Notes under the pieces: generated by a model
Seen by the model: only the letters and a program-made list of their open reading frames with translations
Databases searched by the model: none
What the model was told of the DNA's origin: nothing
Program-made: the position numbers and the translations under genes
Shown: one piece after another, positions 63,615 through 63,741 of the stretch
How the letters are laid out: each line of letters starts with the position of its first letter
Numbering within the stretch: the stretch's first letter is position 1
IMG/VR virus record: IMGVR_UViG_3300048804_000006
Coordinates: 1 to 63,741 of that record
DNA: 63,741 bases
Direction: 5' to 3' (one strand)
From: a virus
Lineage: Duplodnaviria > Caudoviricetes

Positions 63615-63741
63615 ACTCACCTACTACCCTATCAAGGGAATCTCCACGTAGTCCAGATAGGCGAAGTTCTTCCTTCAGGGCAGTGATCTGCTCATTTAAT
63701 ATATCAAAGGCTTTTGCACCCTCATTGAATCGTTGAACGGC
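63615..63741. repeat. Terminal 127-bp direct repeat, copy 2
   Basis: Identical to 1-127. Confidence 0.97.

Noticed and set aside
63615-63741. 127-bp terminal repeat as a biological DTR or att site
   Set aside because: It falls in the middle of a gene and its length equals a common assembler k-mer, so it is best explained as circular overlap
1-63741. Alternative genetic code
   Set aside because: Core genes are intact and densely packed under the standard bacterial code, using all three stop codons

Overview
The window is a complete, circularly assembled ~63.6 kb tailed-phage genome: bases 1-127 repeat exactly at 63615-63741, and one ORF reads through the junction. It has an HK97-like siphovirus head and tail set: TerS, TerL, portal, ClpP-type protease, major capsid protein (MCP), head-tail adaptors, tail tube, frameshifted tail chaperone and a 2026-aa tape measure protein (TMP). 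Almost all genes are on the minus strand. It also carries a recombination module (Sak4-like ATPase, SSB, two PD-(D/E)XK nucleases, ERCC4 nuclease, SMC-like ATPase, ParB-like protein), a DinG/XPD helicase, three DNA methyltransferases, several free-standing HNH/GIY-YIG nucleases and a lysis cassette placed inside the head region. I recognised no integrase, CI repressor, polymerase, primase, tRNA or CRISPR array. The most unusual elements are: (1) two independent copies of a cassette made of a promoter, a leaderless Zn-ribbon mini-gene and an overlapping out-of-frame HNH gene; (2) a portal fused to a SAM methyltransferase, plus a three-domain glycosyltransferase/methyltransferase pair in the tail operon; (3) a plus-strand island of small genes next to a probable cos site, all sharing one RBS motif; (4) a plasmid-replicon-like unit (structured leader, coupled leader peptide, RHH-like gene, 14 x 8-bp array); (5) a C5 methyltransferase whose motif IX lies in a nested alternative frame; (6) unusual repeat blocks in the TMP. 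All family calls come from motifs read by eye, not from database searches.
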